49,911 nt of DNA from Armatimonadetes bacterium UBA5419 (GTDB taxonomy: Bacteria > Armatimonadota > UBA10988), in assembly GCA_002409445.1 (NCBI GenBank), contig DHNJ01000274.1, forward strand, positions 9,758-59,668. Direction: 5' to 3'. The position numbers and the translations under genes were made by a program. Each line of letters begins with the position of its first letter. The first letter of the stretch is position 1. The notes below the pieces were generated by a model, which saw only the letters and a list, made by a program, of their open reading frames with translations, ran no database searches and was not told the DNA's origin. Positions 28,744 to 39,328 of the stretch are shown here, in pieces.

Positions 28744-28998
28744 ATGGGTCTCGGCCCTCCAGAACTGATCATCATCCTGGTCATCCTCTTCCTGCTCTTC
28801 GGCGCGAAGAAGCTGCCCGAACTGGCCAAGTCTTCCGGCGAAGCGCTCCGTGAATTCAAGAAGGCGACCAAGGAAGCCATGGCCGAAGACGACGAACCGG
28901 CCAAGACCGCTGCGGCTGCGCCGGCTGAGCCCACGCAGCGTCGCATGGAGACCACCACCGAAGAGCCGACCACCACGGTTACCGACTCGTCGGCCTAG
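28744..28998 (+). CDS. tatA: twin-arginine translocase subunit TatA/E
   Basis: [41 protein letters not shown] is the canonical TatA TM helix plus amphipathic helix. Confidence 0.9.
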   Translation: MGLGPPELIIILVILFLLFGAKKLPELAKSSGEALREFKKATKEAMAEDDEPAKTAAAAPAEPTQRRMETTTEEPTTTVTDSSA

Positions 28999-29015
28999 TC
29001 CCCACCCCTCTTCAC

Positions 29016-29049
29016 CGACGCCCGCGCACCGCTCAGGTCGCGGGCGTCG
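29016..29049. terminator. hairpin (11-bp stem, 12-nt loop) at the convergent tatA/hypB junction
   Basis: CGACGCCCGCG (29016-29026) pairs with CGCGGGCGTCG (29039-29049). The loop contains the hypB stop codon. GCTTTGGG follows on the plus strand. Confidence 0.45.
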
Positions 29050-29698
29050 CGCTTTGGGTCGCCCGCCGCGCGCGCAGCCACTCAAACCAGGCATCCAACC
29101 CCTCGCCGCTCGTACTCGACACGTGGATCACCTCCACCGTGCCGTTGAGCTGCCGGAGGTCATCCATGAACCGTTCCAAGCGAAACGGCACGTGCGGCAG
29201 CAGGTCGGCCTTGGTCAAGAGCACGAGATCCGCCTCGCGCCACAGCCGCGGGTACTTGACGATCTTGTCCTCGCCCTCGGTCACGCTGAGCAGGCCGATC
29301 TTGGTGTCGTGGCCCAGATCGTAGCCGACCGGACAGACCAGGTTGCCCACGTTCTCGATGTACAGCACGTCGAACTCGTCCAGGTCGAAGTGCTCCAACG
29401 CGTTCGACACCATCGCCGCGTCAAGATGGCAGCCGCCATCGGTATTGATCTGGACCGTCTGGGCAAACGGTGCCAGGCGCTCGGCGTCCAAAGATGTCGC
29501 CAGATCTCCGACGACCACCGCCTGCCGCCACTCCTGCGCAAAGTGCTGTAGGGTCTGCTCTAGCAACGTCGTCTTGCCCGACCCGGGCGAACTGATCAGG
29601 TTCGGGCAGAACACACCCGCGGCGCGCAGCCGCGCGCGGATCCCACCCGCCAGGGCGTCGTTCAGCTTGAGTACGTTGTGGACCACATCAACCCGCAT
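29033..29698 (-). CDS. hypB: hydrogenase nickel-incorporation GTPase HypB
   Basis: SSPGSGKTTLLE (P-loop), IENVGNLVCP and LLTKADL blocks. There is no N-terminal CxxCGC motif or His-rich stretch. Confidence 0.9.
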   Translation of the reverse strand: MRVDVVHNVLKLNDALAGGIRARLRAAGVFCPNLISSPGSGKTTLLEQTLQHFAQEWRQAVVVGDLATSLDAERLAPFAQTVQINTDGGCHLDAAMVSNALEHFDLDEFDVLYIENVGNLVCPVGYDLGHDTKIGLLSVTEGEDKIVKYPRLWREADLVLLTKADLLPHVPFRLERFMDDLRQLNGTVEVIHVSSTSGEGLDAWFEWLRARRATQSATPAT

Positions 29699-30035
29699 CG
29701 CTCAACTCCACGCGCGTCAGCAGCAGCTCCGTGCCGTCCACCGTCTCGCAATCCGCGACGTCGCAAACCGGACACAGGAAGACGACATCGTCGACCGCAA
29801 ACTCAAGGCCGCAGCGCCGGCAACGCGCGCGCACCGGCACCGTCTCAATGACTAGAGCGGCGTCCTCGGCCGCCGTACCCACCGCCAAGCCGCGAAACGC
29901 CAACTCCAGGCTCGCTGGCACGACCCCGGCCAACTCACCAGCCTGCACCGTGATCGCCGCTACTCGCGTACCATGCTCCGCCGCGATCTCCAGCACCACG
30001 GGCAGGAGCGCCGCCGCCAGGCTGACTTCATGCAA
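29688..30035 (-). CDS. hypA: hydrogenase maturation nickel metallochaperone HypA
   Basis: MHEVSLAAAL N-terminus (MHE nickel site) and a CRRCG...CPVCD zinc site. 115 aa. Overlaps hypB by 11 nt. Confidence 0.85.
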   Translation of the reverse strand: MHEVSLAAALLPVVLEIAAEHGTRVAAITVQAGELAGVVPASLELAFRGLAVGTAAEDAALVIETVPVRARCRRCGLEFAVDDVVFLCPVCDVADCETVDGTELLLTRVELSDAG

Positions 30036-30534
30036 GGCTAGGCCCTGCCTCCCCCAAAGCGCCAGCCAGCAGCGCAGCCACGAGCGCCTCGGCGCGCGCG
30101 TGGCAGGCTGGCGTCAACTGGTCGTGAAACTCGAAGTCCTCGCCCCGCACCGTGCAGCGGAAGCCCTCGGCACTGCGCCCATACGCACTGTCGGCGAGCG
30201 CCAACAGGGTCGCCGGATCGAGGACATGGGAGGTCAGGCCCAGCCCCGAGCGGCGGTCGACCGGCGCGACCAGCACGTCCGGCTCACCCACGTGCGCGTC
30301 AATGAACAGGACTCGATCTACCTGCGCGCAATCCTCGGCGAGCCCCATGTCGAGTTGCTGCACCCACATCGTCCGCACCCGGTGCTCCGCGACATTGACC
30401 CAGGCGGTCCCCGGCTCGCCCAGCAGCCCGACCGCCGGCAGGCCCCAGGCCGCGTTGAGGCGGTTCAGGACGTAGTGGCCGGCGCCGTCATCGGTGCGGC
30501 TCGGGTTCCCGTAGGCGATGGCCAGGAGGTCCAT
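30028..30534 (-). CDS. hydrogenase maturation endopeptidase (HyaD/HybD/HycI family)
   Basis: The ORF track gives 30028..30612. The ATG at 30534 yields MDLLAIAYGNPSRTDDGAGHYV, the GNxxRxDDGxG motif. The LFIDAH and TSHVLDP blocks supply the metal ligands. Confidence 0.75.
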   Translation of the reverse strand: MDLLAIAYGNPSRTDDGAGHYVLNRLNAAWGLPAVGLLGEPGTAWVNVAEHRVRTMWVQQLDMGLAEDCAQVDRVLFIDAHVGEPDVLVAPVDRRSGLGLTSHVLDPATLLALADSAYGRSAEGFRCTVRGEDFEFHDQLTPACHARAEALVAALLAGALGEAGPSLA

Positions 30535-30583
30535 GGCGGGCAGTGTAGCATAGCGCTTCGGCCGCCGTGGCCACCCGCTGGAC

Positions 30584-32866
30584 TTGCCCAGAATCGTAAT
30601 CGGCGGGATCATGTCAGGGCACCAGCCGAAGGAAGTCGCGACGTTGAGCCATACCGATAACTCACCCGGCGGGGCGCCGATTGAGCCGCCGCCGAGCTAC
30701 ATCAGCTACCGTGTCGTCGAGAAGCCGCGCCCGGGCCGCGGCCGCCGCCACCGGTCCGACGCGAGCAACGCCCGCCCCAGCAGCCGCGTCCGGCTCGTGC
30801 AGCACGCCGATGCACCGCGCATCGGCCCCACCCTGCGCCGGGCGATGGGCATCCTCGCCCTCGCCCTGGTCACTGGCACTCTGGTCGGCTTGAGCGTGCC
30901 GCGCTCGGGCCGGACGGGCTGGAGCCAGCTCGCCCGCCTCGACCTGCCCCGGTTCCACTGGCCGGTCTTCGCCCGCTACACGCCACGCGTCTACGTCGCC
31001 AGAGAGGATAGCCCTCTGGTGCGCGGACGCTACCTCAGTGACCGTCCGCTGCAGATCTCCCTCGCCCGCCCCCTCGCCCTGTATGGCGTCCTCGCGCCGG
31101 GCAACTACGACGCCCCGCAACCTGATCCGCTGCTCGACACACCCGGTCCGCGGCTGCCGAGCCTGACCTCGGGCCTCAGCCGCAACGCCCTGCGCCACCG
31201 TCAGGTTTGGGGCCTCCGGCCGGCCGAGTTTGCCCCGGTCGCCGACGCCGCCTACGTGCCGTTCGTCACCTACCACGACGTCGTGGCGGGCGAGAAAGAC
31301 GTCTGGTTCGATGTCGAGGCGGCCGAGTTCGAGGCGCAACTCGACCAGATCGCCGCCGCCGGCGCCACGCCGATCAGCCTGCGGCAGTGGTGGAACTACG
31401 CCACACGCGGTGACTCGCTACCACCCAAGCCCATCGTCCTGACCTTCGATGACGGCTACGAGAGCATCTACACCGAGATCTGGCCGCGGCTCGCCAAGCG
31501 CGGCTGGCCCGCGGTCTACTGCATCGTCACTGGCACCGTCGGCCGCCAGGTCAACGTGAAGCCGAAGGTCACCTGGGACCAGCTCCGCGAGATGGCCGCC
31601 AGTGGCCTTTGCGATTTCGTTTCGCATTCAGTCAATCACCCGATCCTGACCAATGTCTCGATGGACGAGGTGCGCCGCGAGTTGGCCGAGAGCAAGGCGA
31701 CTCTGGAACGAGAACTCAAGGCGCCAATGCAGTTTTTCTCGTATCCCGAGGGCAAGTACAACCAGCGGATCATCGCGGCGGTCGAGGACGCCGGGTACGT
31801 GGCCGCACTGGCGTACACCCCGGGCGCGAGTTCCGTGGCCAAGACACCGTTCGAGGTCATGCGCTACACCGACACGCAACTGGACTACGCACTACGGCGA
31901 GCCGATGCGAGTTGGCTGCGCGAGGCTCCTTACTCAGCAGACGCGCAGATCGCGGATCTGGCCCCCGGCGAGAGCCGCAACTACGGCCCAATCGAGATCC
32001 GGCAGCGTGACCTGAAGGTTGGCCGCCAAACGATCCCGATGACCTGGATTACCGGTGGCGTACCCATCACGGTCCATGCCGACTACCGCTATGCCGTCGG
32101 TGATGTCGCTGCGGTTGTCGGCGCGCCGGCGGGCATCAACGGCAGCTTCTTCCAGCTCGCGCACCTTCGCGACATCTCCAATGCGATGTTGGGACCGGTC
32201 ATGTCGCAGCTGACCACGACCCGCGATAGCGACCGCTGGCGTCGTGAGCAGCTCGCCGTGCCCGCCTCGATCCAGGACTACAACCAATACATCCCCGGCG
32301 CGCCGCACGATGTCGTGCGCCTGGTTGGCCGACCGTACGTGCTCATCGGCCGCAGTCAGATCAAGGTTGTGCCCTTCGCGGAGAACCTCAACTCGTTGGC
32401 GGCGGCACAACAGATCGTCCCCGACGTGACCGACGCGTTCGTCGGTGGCGGCTGGCTGGTGCGCGATGGCCATCCGCTGACCAAGGAGGAAATGGACCAG
32501 GTCGCCACACGGGACCACGACGACACGCGCCGGCGCGCCTGGTTTGCGATCGACCGCCACGGCGCACCGATGATCGGCGCCTGCCCCAGCAGCCAGCGCA
32601 GTACCACCGTCGCCGAGGCGCTGGTCAAGTGCGGTGCCTACCAGGCCGTGCTGCTCGACTCGGGGTTCTCCAGTTCGCTGATCTTCCAGGACAACATCTA
32701 CGTCACCGGCCACTCGGACCGCCAGCCTTCACGACCCGTACCCCACATGATCCTGCTGAAGGGCGCGGTCAACGAGGATACCGCCGCGAGCGTCGAAGCG
32801 CCTGCCGCGCACCAGTTGGGCAACGACCCCGGCGCTGCCAGAGCAGGTAGCCGGCGCCGCCGCTAA
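30584..32866 (+). CDS. membrane-anchored fusion: polysaccharide deacetylase (NodB) plus phosphodiester glycosidase (DUF2233-like) domains
   Basis: TM helix MGILALALVTGTLVGL. NodB motifs LTFDDGYES and HSVNHP. The C-terminal segment RRAWFAIDRHGAPMIGA...AVLLDSGFSSSLIF is present. The start is uncertain (30584 or the ATG at 30611). Confidence 0.7.
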   Translation: MPRIVIGGIMSGHQPKEVATLSHTDNSPGGAPIEPPPSYISYRVVEKPRPGRGRRHRSDASNARPSSRVRLVQHADAPRIGPTLRRAMGILALALVTGTLVGLSVPRSGRTGWSQLARLDLPRFHWPVFARYTPRVYVAREDSPLVRGRYLSDRPLQISLARPLALYGVLAPGNYDAPQPDPLLDTPGPRLPSLTSGLSRNALRHRQVWGLRPAEFAPVADAAYVPFVTYHDVVAGEKDVWFDVEAAEFEAQLDQIAAAGATPISLRQWWNYATRGDSLPPKPIVLTFDDGYESIYTEIWPRLAKRGWPAVYCIVTGTVGRQVNVKPKVTWDQLREMAASGLCDFVSHSVNHPILTNVSMDEVRRELAESKATLERELKAPMQFFSYPEGKYNQRIIAAVEDAGYVAALAYTPGASSVAKTPFEVMRYTDTQLDYALRRADASWLREAPYSADAQIADLAPGESRNYGPIEIRQRDLKVGRQTIPMTWITGGVPITVHADYRYAVGDVAAVVGAPAGINGSFFQLAHLRDISNAMLGPVMSQLTTTRDSDRWRREQLAVPASIQDYNQYIPGAPHDVVRLVGRPYVLIGRSQIKVVPFAENLNSLAAAQQIVPDVTDAFVGGGWLVRDGHPLTKEEMDQVATRDHDDTRRRAWFAIDRHGAPMIGACPSSQRSTTVAEALVKCGAYQAVLLDSGFSSSLIFQDNIYVTGHSDRQPSRPVPHMILLKGAVNEDTAASVEAPAAHQLGNDPGAARAGSRRRR

Positions 32867-32884
32867 GCCGCCGCCCAAAGCCGC

Positions 32885-32910
32885 GCGCCGCCACCCGCAG
32901 GCGGCGGCGC
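32885..32910. terminator. short GC hairpin at the convergent junction before the gdhA stop
   Basis: GCGCCGCC (32885-32892) pairs with GGCGGCGC (32903-32910). There is no clear U-tract. Confidence 0.3.
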
Positions 32911-32940
32911 ACCGGCGCTCAACGCTGCCCCGTCAGGAGG

Positions 32941-34311
<1,371 letters not shown>

Positions 34312-34326
34312 TCACTCCAAGAGCGC

Positions 34327-34377
34327 ACACTATCACGAGGTCGCCATAGCTCCAAGGGTTTGTTTCTGACTTGTTTC
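34327..34377 (-). promoter_or_regulatory. candidate gdhA promoter (TTGGAG-17 nt-TAGTGT) with two GAAACAA direct repeats (11-nt period) just upstream of the -35
   Basis: On the minus strand, -10 is at 34332-34327 and -35 is at 34355-34350. The repeats GAAACAAgtcaGAAACAA occupy 34377-34360. Confidence 0.35.
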
Positions 34378-34388
34378 GAGGGGGTGGA

Positions 34389-35300
34389 TCACGCGTGGTT
34401 CAGCTGGGACCGCACGTCGGCGACGTCGCGGGCGATCTGGGCTTGCAGACTAGTGAGGTCGGGGAACCGTTGCTCTTCGCGCAGGAAGGCGACGAGATCG
34501 ACGGAGATCGTCTGTTCGTAAAGGTCGCCACGCCAGTCGAGCAGAAATGCTTCCACGGTGACCGCGCCCGCGGCGTCGACCGTCGGCCGACGGCCGATGC
34601 TGAGGGCGGTAGCTACCGGCTCCGCCTGGCCGGGCACGTGTGTCCAGGCGGCGTAGATACCGACTCGGGGCACGAGCTTGCGCGGGTCAAGGGTAACGTT
34701 GGCCGTGGGAAAGCCGATCTGCCGACCGAGGCGCCGGCCGCGGGCCACCGGGCCACGCAACTGCGGCGCACGGCCCAGCAGCCGCGTCGCCTGCTCGACA
34801 TCACCGGCCAGGAGCGCCGCGCGCACCGCCCCGCTGCTGACCCGCTCGCCATCGAGCCGCAGTGGCGCCACAACCTCAACGCTCGCCCCACCCTCGGCGG
34901 CGAGCGCCTGCAAAGCTGCGGCATCCCACGCCCGCCGATGGCCGAACCGGAAGTCGTAGCCGACGACGAGGTGGCGCGCGCCGAGCCGGCCCAGCAGCTC
35001 CTCGCGTACGAACCACTCGCCCGAGCGGCTAGCAAACTCGCGGTCGAACGTCAGCACCTCGACGTGGTCGAGTCCCAGCGAACGCAGCCGCTCGACTCGT
35101 TCGTCAAGGGTGTCGATGGTTGGGACCAGCGTACCGTCGCCCAGCACCTCCCGGCCAGGGCGGTCAAACGTTACGGCCACCGCAGCACAGCCGGCCGAGT
35201 CGGCAGCGGCACGGGTGGCGGCGAGCAGTGCCTGGTGGCCGAGATGGACACCATCGAAGAAGCCGATCATCGCCGCACAAGGCTCTGCCATGGCCGTCAT
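34389..35300 (-). CDS. ribF: bifunctional riboflavin kinase / FAD synthetase
   Basis: IGFFDGVHLGHQALL, and GRRLGRQIGFPTAN..GIYAAW in the C-terminal kinase half. Confidence 0.9.
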   Translation of the reverse strand: MTAMAEPCAAMIGFFDGVHLGHQALLAATRAAADSAGCAAVAVTFDRPGREVLGDGTLVPTIDTLDERVERLRSLGLDHVEVLTFDREFASRSGEWFVREELLGRLGARHLVVGYDFRFGHRRAWDAAALQALAAEGGASVEVVAPLRLDGERVSSGAVRAALLAGDVEQATRLLGRAPQLRGPVARGRRLGRQIGFPTANVTLDPRKLVPRVGIYAAWTHVPGQAEPVATALSIGRRPTVDAAGAVTVEAFLLDWRGDLYEQTISVDLVAFLREEQRFPDLTSLQAQIARDVADVRSQLNHA

Positions 35301-35320
35301 GATAGCATCGCGCCCCCGCC

Positions 35321-36037
35321 CTAACCCGCGCGTTCAAGCGCTTCGCGGGCCAGCGTGGTGATGACCGGCCGCATTGCGGGGTCACCACCGATGGCCGGGT
35401 CAAGAGTTATGTCAACGGTGTTGCCAATCGTCGACAGCGCCTCGCGCACATCCACCTGTAGGTGACCGGCATCCGCGATCATCCAGGGGAGAACGAGCAC
35501 CCGCGGTGTCGTCAGCGCCGTGAGCGCGGCCGGAATGTGCGGCTCTGCTTCGACGAAGGCGGCTGCCGCCGGCACGCCGCGTTGCCCCAACCTTGCCACC
35601 ACATCCAGTGCGCTGCGCTGCGCGCCGGGCACCGTCGCCGAGCCGTGCGCGACTAGCAGGAGCCCCACCGACCCAATCGGTGCGTGGCCCAGCACCCCAA
35701 GCCACCGCTCATAGACTACCTGTTCAAGCGCCGGTGCGGTGCCCAACGGGGCGGCGATGCGCCACGTAGGTCGCTGGTCGATGTCGAGTCGCGAGGGCAG
35801 GTGCCGCCGGGTGAACGCGCCCTCCGCCATGAACAGCGGCACAACCACGACCTGCTGCTCTCCCGCCCAGTCGGCCAGTACGGGTTCGAGCGCTGGCTGC
35901 CCGTTGAGTACCGCAAGCCGCACCTCGCCCCACTCGCCCCCCGTGGCCAGCGCTGCGGCGTGAGCGGCCAGCGGCGTGAGCGCCGCTGGGTGACGGGGGC
36001 TACCGTGTGCGACGAGCAGAAGCAGAGGCTGGCGCAT
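35321..36037 (-). CDS. cbiX: two-domain CbiX/SirB-type sirohydrochlorin chelatase
   Basis: The ORF track gives 35321..36367. The ATG at 36037 yields MRQPLLLLVAHGS. A second LLLVAHGS repeat lies about 125 aa later, with a ...DAGHLQVDV block. Metal specificity (Fe or Co) cannot be read from the sequence. Confidence 0.65.
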   Translation of the reverse strand: MRQPLLLLVAHGSPRHPAALTPLAAHAAALATGGEWGEVRLAVLNGQPALEPVLADWAGEQQVVVVPLFMAEGAFTRRHLPSRLDIDQRPTWRIAAPLGTAPALEQVVYERWLGVLGHAPIGSVGLLLVAHGSATVPGAQRSALDVVARLGQRGVPAAAAFVEAEPHIPAALTALTTPRVLVLPWMIADAGHLQVDVREALSTIGNTVDITLDPAIGGDPAMRPVITTLAREALERAG

Positions 36038-36173
36038 GTCCCTATGATGAGTGATGGTTGGCCGAGCGGCAAGCTGGGCACAAGCGGCGAAGAAGAACCC
36101 GTCGTCCGGCGTTGTATGCTTCGTGAGTGGCGCGCGGCCATCCTGGCGGGCGTGCAGGTGAGGAGCGAGTGGC

Positions 36174-39100
36174 ATGAAATGGGCTTGGTTGATCCTGCCC
36201 CTGTGCGCGGCGCTGGCCTGGGGCCACGACGTCCGCGTCCTCGACGACCAGCGGTGGAACACCGTGGCCGATGGTCCGCTGGGCGGACGCATCATCAACG
36301 ATGACGTCCCCGCCGCCGGGCATCGGTCGGTCCGCGGCCTGCGCCAGGCACCGCCTTGGTTCACCATGCTCCAGCGTCACGGCCTGCTGCCAGCCAACCA
36401 ACCGCCGCCCACGACCCCAGAGTACTGGGTCCGCAGCAGCCAGGGCCGGCTGATCACCCCTGAGCTTGACGCCTCGCGGCAGGCGAGCACCCTGGGAAAC
36501 CCGGGCAACCGGCTGACCTGGGACTTCTCGCGGCCCGCGGGCGACCCGGACGCGGTCGCTTGGTCAACGACGCAGGTCGCCACTCTCCGCAACTACCTCA
36601 ACGCCGCGACCGCCGAGACTTTGAAGGTTTGGGGTGCACCGGCCTTCGCCAACAAGGTGCGCATCGTCCACGACCCGAACCTGAACAGCCTGGAGATGGC
36701 CGCCTACGATGCGACCCGCAACGAGATCCGCATCGAACTGCTCAACGACGCGCGCAGCAGCGACCCCGCGGCGACGGTCATCGACGACTACGACCTGTAC
36801 GTCCTGACGCACGCCGTCCTGCTGGCCTATCGTGACGATGCGGCGATCGGTTACGACTCCTGGGAGTCGGGCATGGCGCGCGCGGCGCAGTTGACGATCA
36901 TCTCCAGCACAAAGCCGTCGTTCGGCTTCCTCAAGCGCGATTTCAACCTACTGTTTGGCGCTTACGATCTGCTGAACCAGCCCGGCCTGGAGAGCCCGCG
37001 CTTCCGCGGCGCCGACACCTCGGCCGCGGCCGACATCCTGACCGACGCCCTCGGCAGCATTCGCGCCTACATGAGCCAGGCCGCCTGGCTGAAGGCGCTC
37101 GCCGAGCGGCCCGGCCTCTTCGCCGACTTCAACGCCGCCTACTACCGGGCCATGGTCAGCGCTGGCAACAGCATCAAATACTCGATCCCCGCGCTGCGCC
37201 GCATCATGACCGGCCTCATCCCGGAGGTCGAGGGCCTCGGCTTCGCCGACTGGTACACGCGCCAGTACGCCTTGGACACCGCCCAGGTGCCTGGCGCCAA
37301 GCTGTATATCTTCGGCACCGTGGCCAAAGACTTCATCGGCGGCCAGCCGACCAACTCGTTCCCCATGAGCATCTATCACTGGGAAACGACACCGTCGAAC
37401 GAGCATCGCGCGCTAACCGGCACCGTACGGTTCACCTACACCGCCTACGATGACTTCAACCTGACTGCGGCGGTCGAGGGCGCCTCGGGCAAGGGCGGCA
37501 TCGAAGCCCGGCTGGGCGAGGCCGGCAATGCGCCCGGTATCGCCAGCGTCGTGCCGCTGTTCTTCAATATCGAGGGCGACCAGGGCCAGCAGATGCAGCG
37601 GATCATCGTCCGCGGCGAGCTGAACGGCATGGATCGACGGCTCTACTTCGCCAACGACGTCGCCGCCAGCGACCAACAGTTGCGCTACGACCTCTACGGT
37701 TTGGTCACCCACGGCTGGCGTGGCAAGCTGAAAATCGAGATTGAAGGCCGCGACAGCGTCGAGACCGACGTGATTCAGGGCGCCTTCCGCGCACGTATTC
37801 CCGGTGGCCTGCCGACCGCGGCGCGCGCCACGCTGACCTGGACCCCGGCCGCCGACAAGGGCTACTCGAAGCCTGACGTCCTGCGCCGCAACGTCATGTA
37901 CCTCGGGCTGCTGGGTAGTGGTATCGACGCGGCCAACGGGGAGGTAACGCTGGTTCTTGACACCCCGCCGCAGACGGCCACCAAGTTCACGAAGACCATC
38001 CCCGCGGGCATCTCGATGATCTCGGTACCGGCCTACGCGGGCCGCAGTAACCTGGCCGAGATCCTCGGGGTGGACGCCGGTGAGTTGCTGCTCGCGCGCG
38101 CCGACGGTGCGGTGACCAGTGCGCAGCCCTGGCGGCAAAACGAGATCTACCGCCTCTGGCCGAGCACACCGAGCTTCCAGCCCGGGTACGGTTACTGGGT
38201 ACGTACGACCAAGCCAGTGACACTGACGTACGAAGGTGTCCCCGCCGACTCGACGCAGCCCTACCGCCTTTGGCTGCCACCCGGTTGGCAGCAGATCGGC
38301 AACCCGTTCCCCGAGTTGCTGCTGACAGTTGGTAGCCTCCGTGTCCAAGCGCCGGACGGCAACGCCGCGGTCAGCCTAGCCCAGGCGCAGACCGCCGGAC
38401 TCGTGTCCAGTGGCCTGTTCTCGTGGGCGGGGAGCACCGGCTATCGGCTCCTGTCACCGACCAGCCAGCTCACGCCGTACGCGGGGTTCTGGATCAACGT
38501 GCTCAGCCCCAAGGGCGTCACACTGATCTTCCCGAACTCGCTGTCACCCTCGGCCCGCGCGACGCTGGAGCGCGCCGAGGCCGCCGACGCGCAGGGCTGG
38601 CAGGTTCAGCTGTCCGCTCGCACTGACGAGTCGAGCGAGCAGCTCGCCGTCCTCGGCGTGCAGGCCGGCGCGGGCGAGGGCTACACTTGGCGCGACGCGC
38701 CGCGGCCGCCCGCGCCACTGGGCAGCCACGTGGCCGTCTCCTTCCCGCGCGACGACTGGGGCGCGCAGAGCGGGCGCTACGTGCGTGACCTGCGCGATCC
38801 GGCCGCCGGCACGGCAAGCTGGGACGTGCTGGTCGAAACCGACCAGATCGGCCGCGACGTGACGCTCAGCTGGCCCAGCCTCAAGAGCGTACCCGGCGAT
38901 GTGTCGCTGGTCCTGACCGACCTGACCAACGGGCGGCAGCAGTTCATGCGCACCAGTGCGGCGACGACCTTCCGCGCGGCGGCGGGCGGCAACCGCTTCC
39001 GCATCACCGCCAGCCGCGCGAGCAACACACGCCTGGCGGTGCTCGATCTGGGCGCCCAGGTCACCCGCGCACGCGCGGGCACGATGACCTACACGCTGTC

Positions 39101-39326
39101 AGGGCCCGCGACGGTCAACGCCGTGCTCTACAGCCAGGCCGGCCAGCGGATCAAGGCCCTCACCGAGGGCCGGGCGGCGGGTGCGGGGACCGGCAGCATC
39201 GAGTTCCTACCCACCGACGAGGCCGGGCGGCCGCTGCCCAACGGCGTCTATCGGCTGGACCTCATCTGCGTGGGTGAAGACGGACAACAAGCGCGGGCCA
39301 GCCGGCTCGTGGTCGTGGAGCGCTGA
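36174..39326 (+). CDS. large secreted protein of unknown function (1050 aa) with a C-terminal FlgD-Ig-like beta-sandwich
   Basis: Signal peptide MKWAWLILPLCAALAWG. No catalytic motif was recognised. The C-terminal 80 aa (TYTLSGPATVNAVLYSQAGQRIKAL...NGVYRLDLICVGEDGQQARASRLVVV) resemble FlgD-Ig/T9SS-type sorting-like domains. Confidence 0.5.
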   Translation: MKWAWLILPLCAALAWGHDVRVLDDQRWNTVADGPLGGRIINDDVPAAGHRSVRGLRQAPPWFTMLQRHGLLPANQPPPTTPEYWVRSSQGRLITPELDASRQASTLGNPGNRLTWDFSRPAGDPDAVAWSTTQVATLRNYLNAATAETLKVWGAPAFANKVRIVHDPNLNSLEMAAYDATRNEIRIELLNDARSSDPAATVIDDYDLYVLTHAVLLAYRDDAAIGYDSWESGMARAAQLTIISSTKPSFGFLKRDFNLLFGAYDLLNQPGLESPRFRGADTSAAADILTDALGSIRAYMSQAAWLKALAERPGLFADFNAAYYRAMVSAGNSIKYSIPALRRIMTGLIPEVEGLGFADWYTRQYALDTAQVPGAKLYIFGTVAKDFIGGQPTNSFPMSIYHWETTPSNEHRALTGTVRFTYTAYDDFNLTAAVEGASGKGGIEARLGEAGNAPGIASVVPLFFNIEGDQGQQMQRIIVRGELNGMDRRLYFANDVAASDQQLRYDLYGLVTHGWRGKLKIEIEGRDSVETDVIQGAFRARIPGGLPTAARATLTWTPAADKGYSKPDVLRRNVMYLGLLGSGIDAANGEVTLVLDTPPQTATKFTKTIPAGISMISVPAYAGRSNLAEILGVDAGELLLARADGAVTSAQPWRQNEIYRLWPSTPSFQPGYGYWVRTTKPVTLTYEGVPADSTQPYRLWLPPGWQQIGNPFPELLLTVGSLRVQAPDGNAAVSLAQAQTAGLVSSGLFSWAGSTGYRLLSPTSQLTPYAGFWINVLSPKGVTLIFPNSLSPSARATLERAEAADAQGWQVQLSARTDESSEQLAVLGVQAGAGEGYTWRDAPRPPAPLGSHVAVSFPRDDWGAQSGRYVRDLRDPAAGTASWDVLVETDQIGRDVTLSWPSLKSVPGDVSLVLTDLTNGRQQFMRTSAATTFRAAAGGNRFRITASRASNTRLAVLDLGAQVTRARAGTMTYTLSGPATVNAVLYSQAGQRIKALTEGRAAGAGTGSIEFLPTDEAGRPLPNGVYRLDLICVGEDGQQARASRLVVVER

Positions 39327-39328
39327 GC

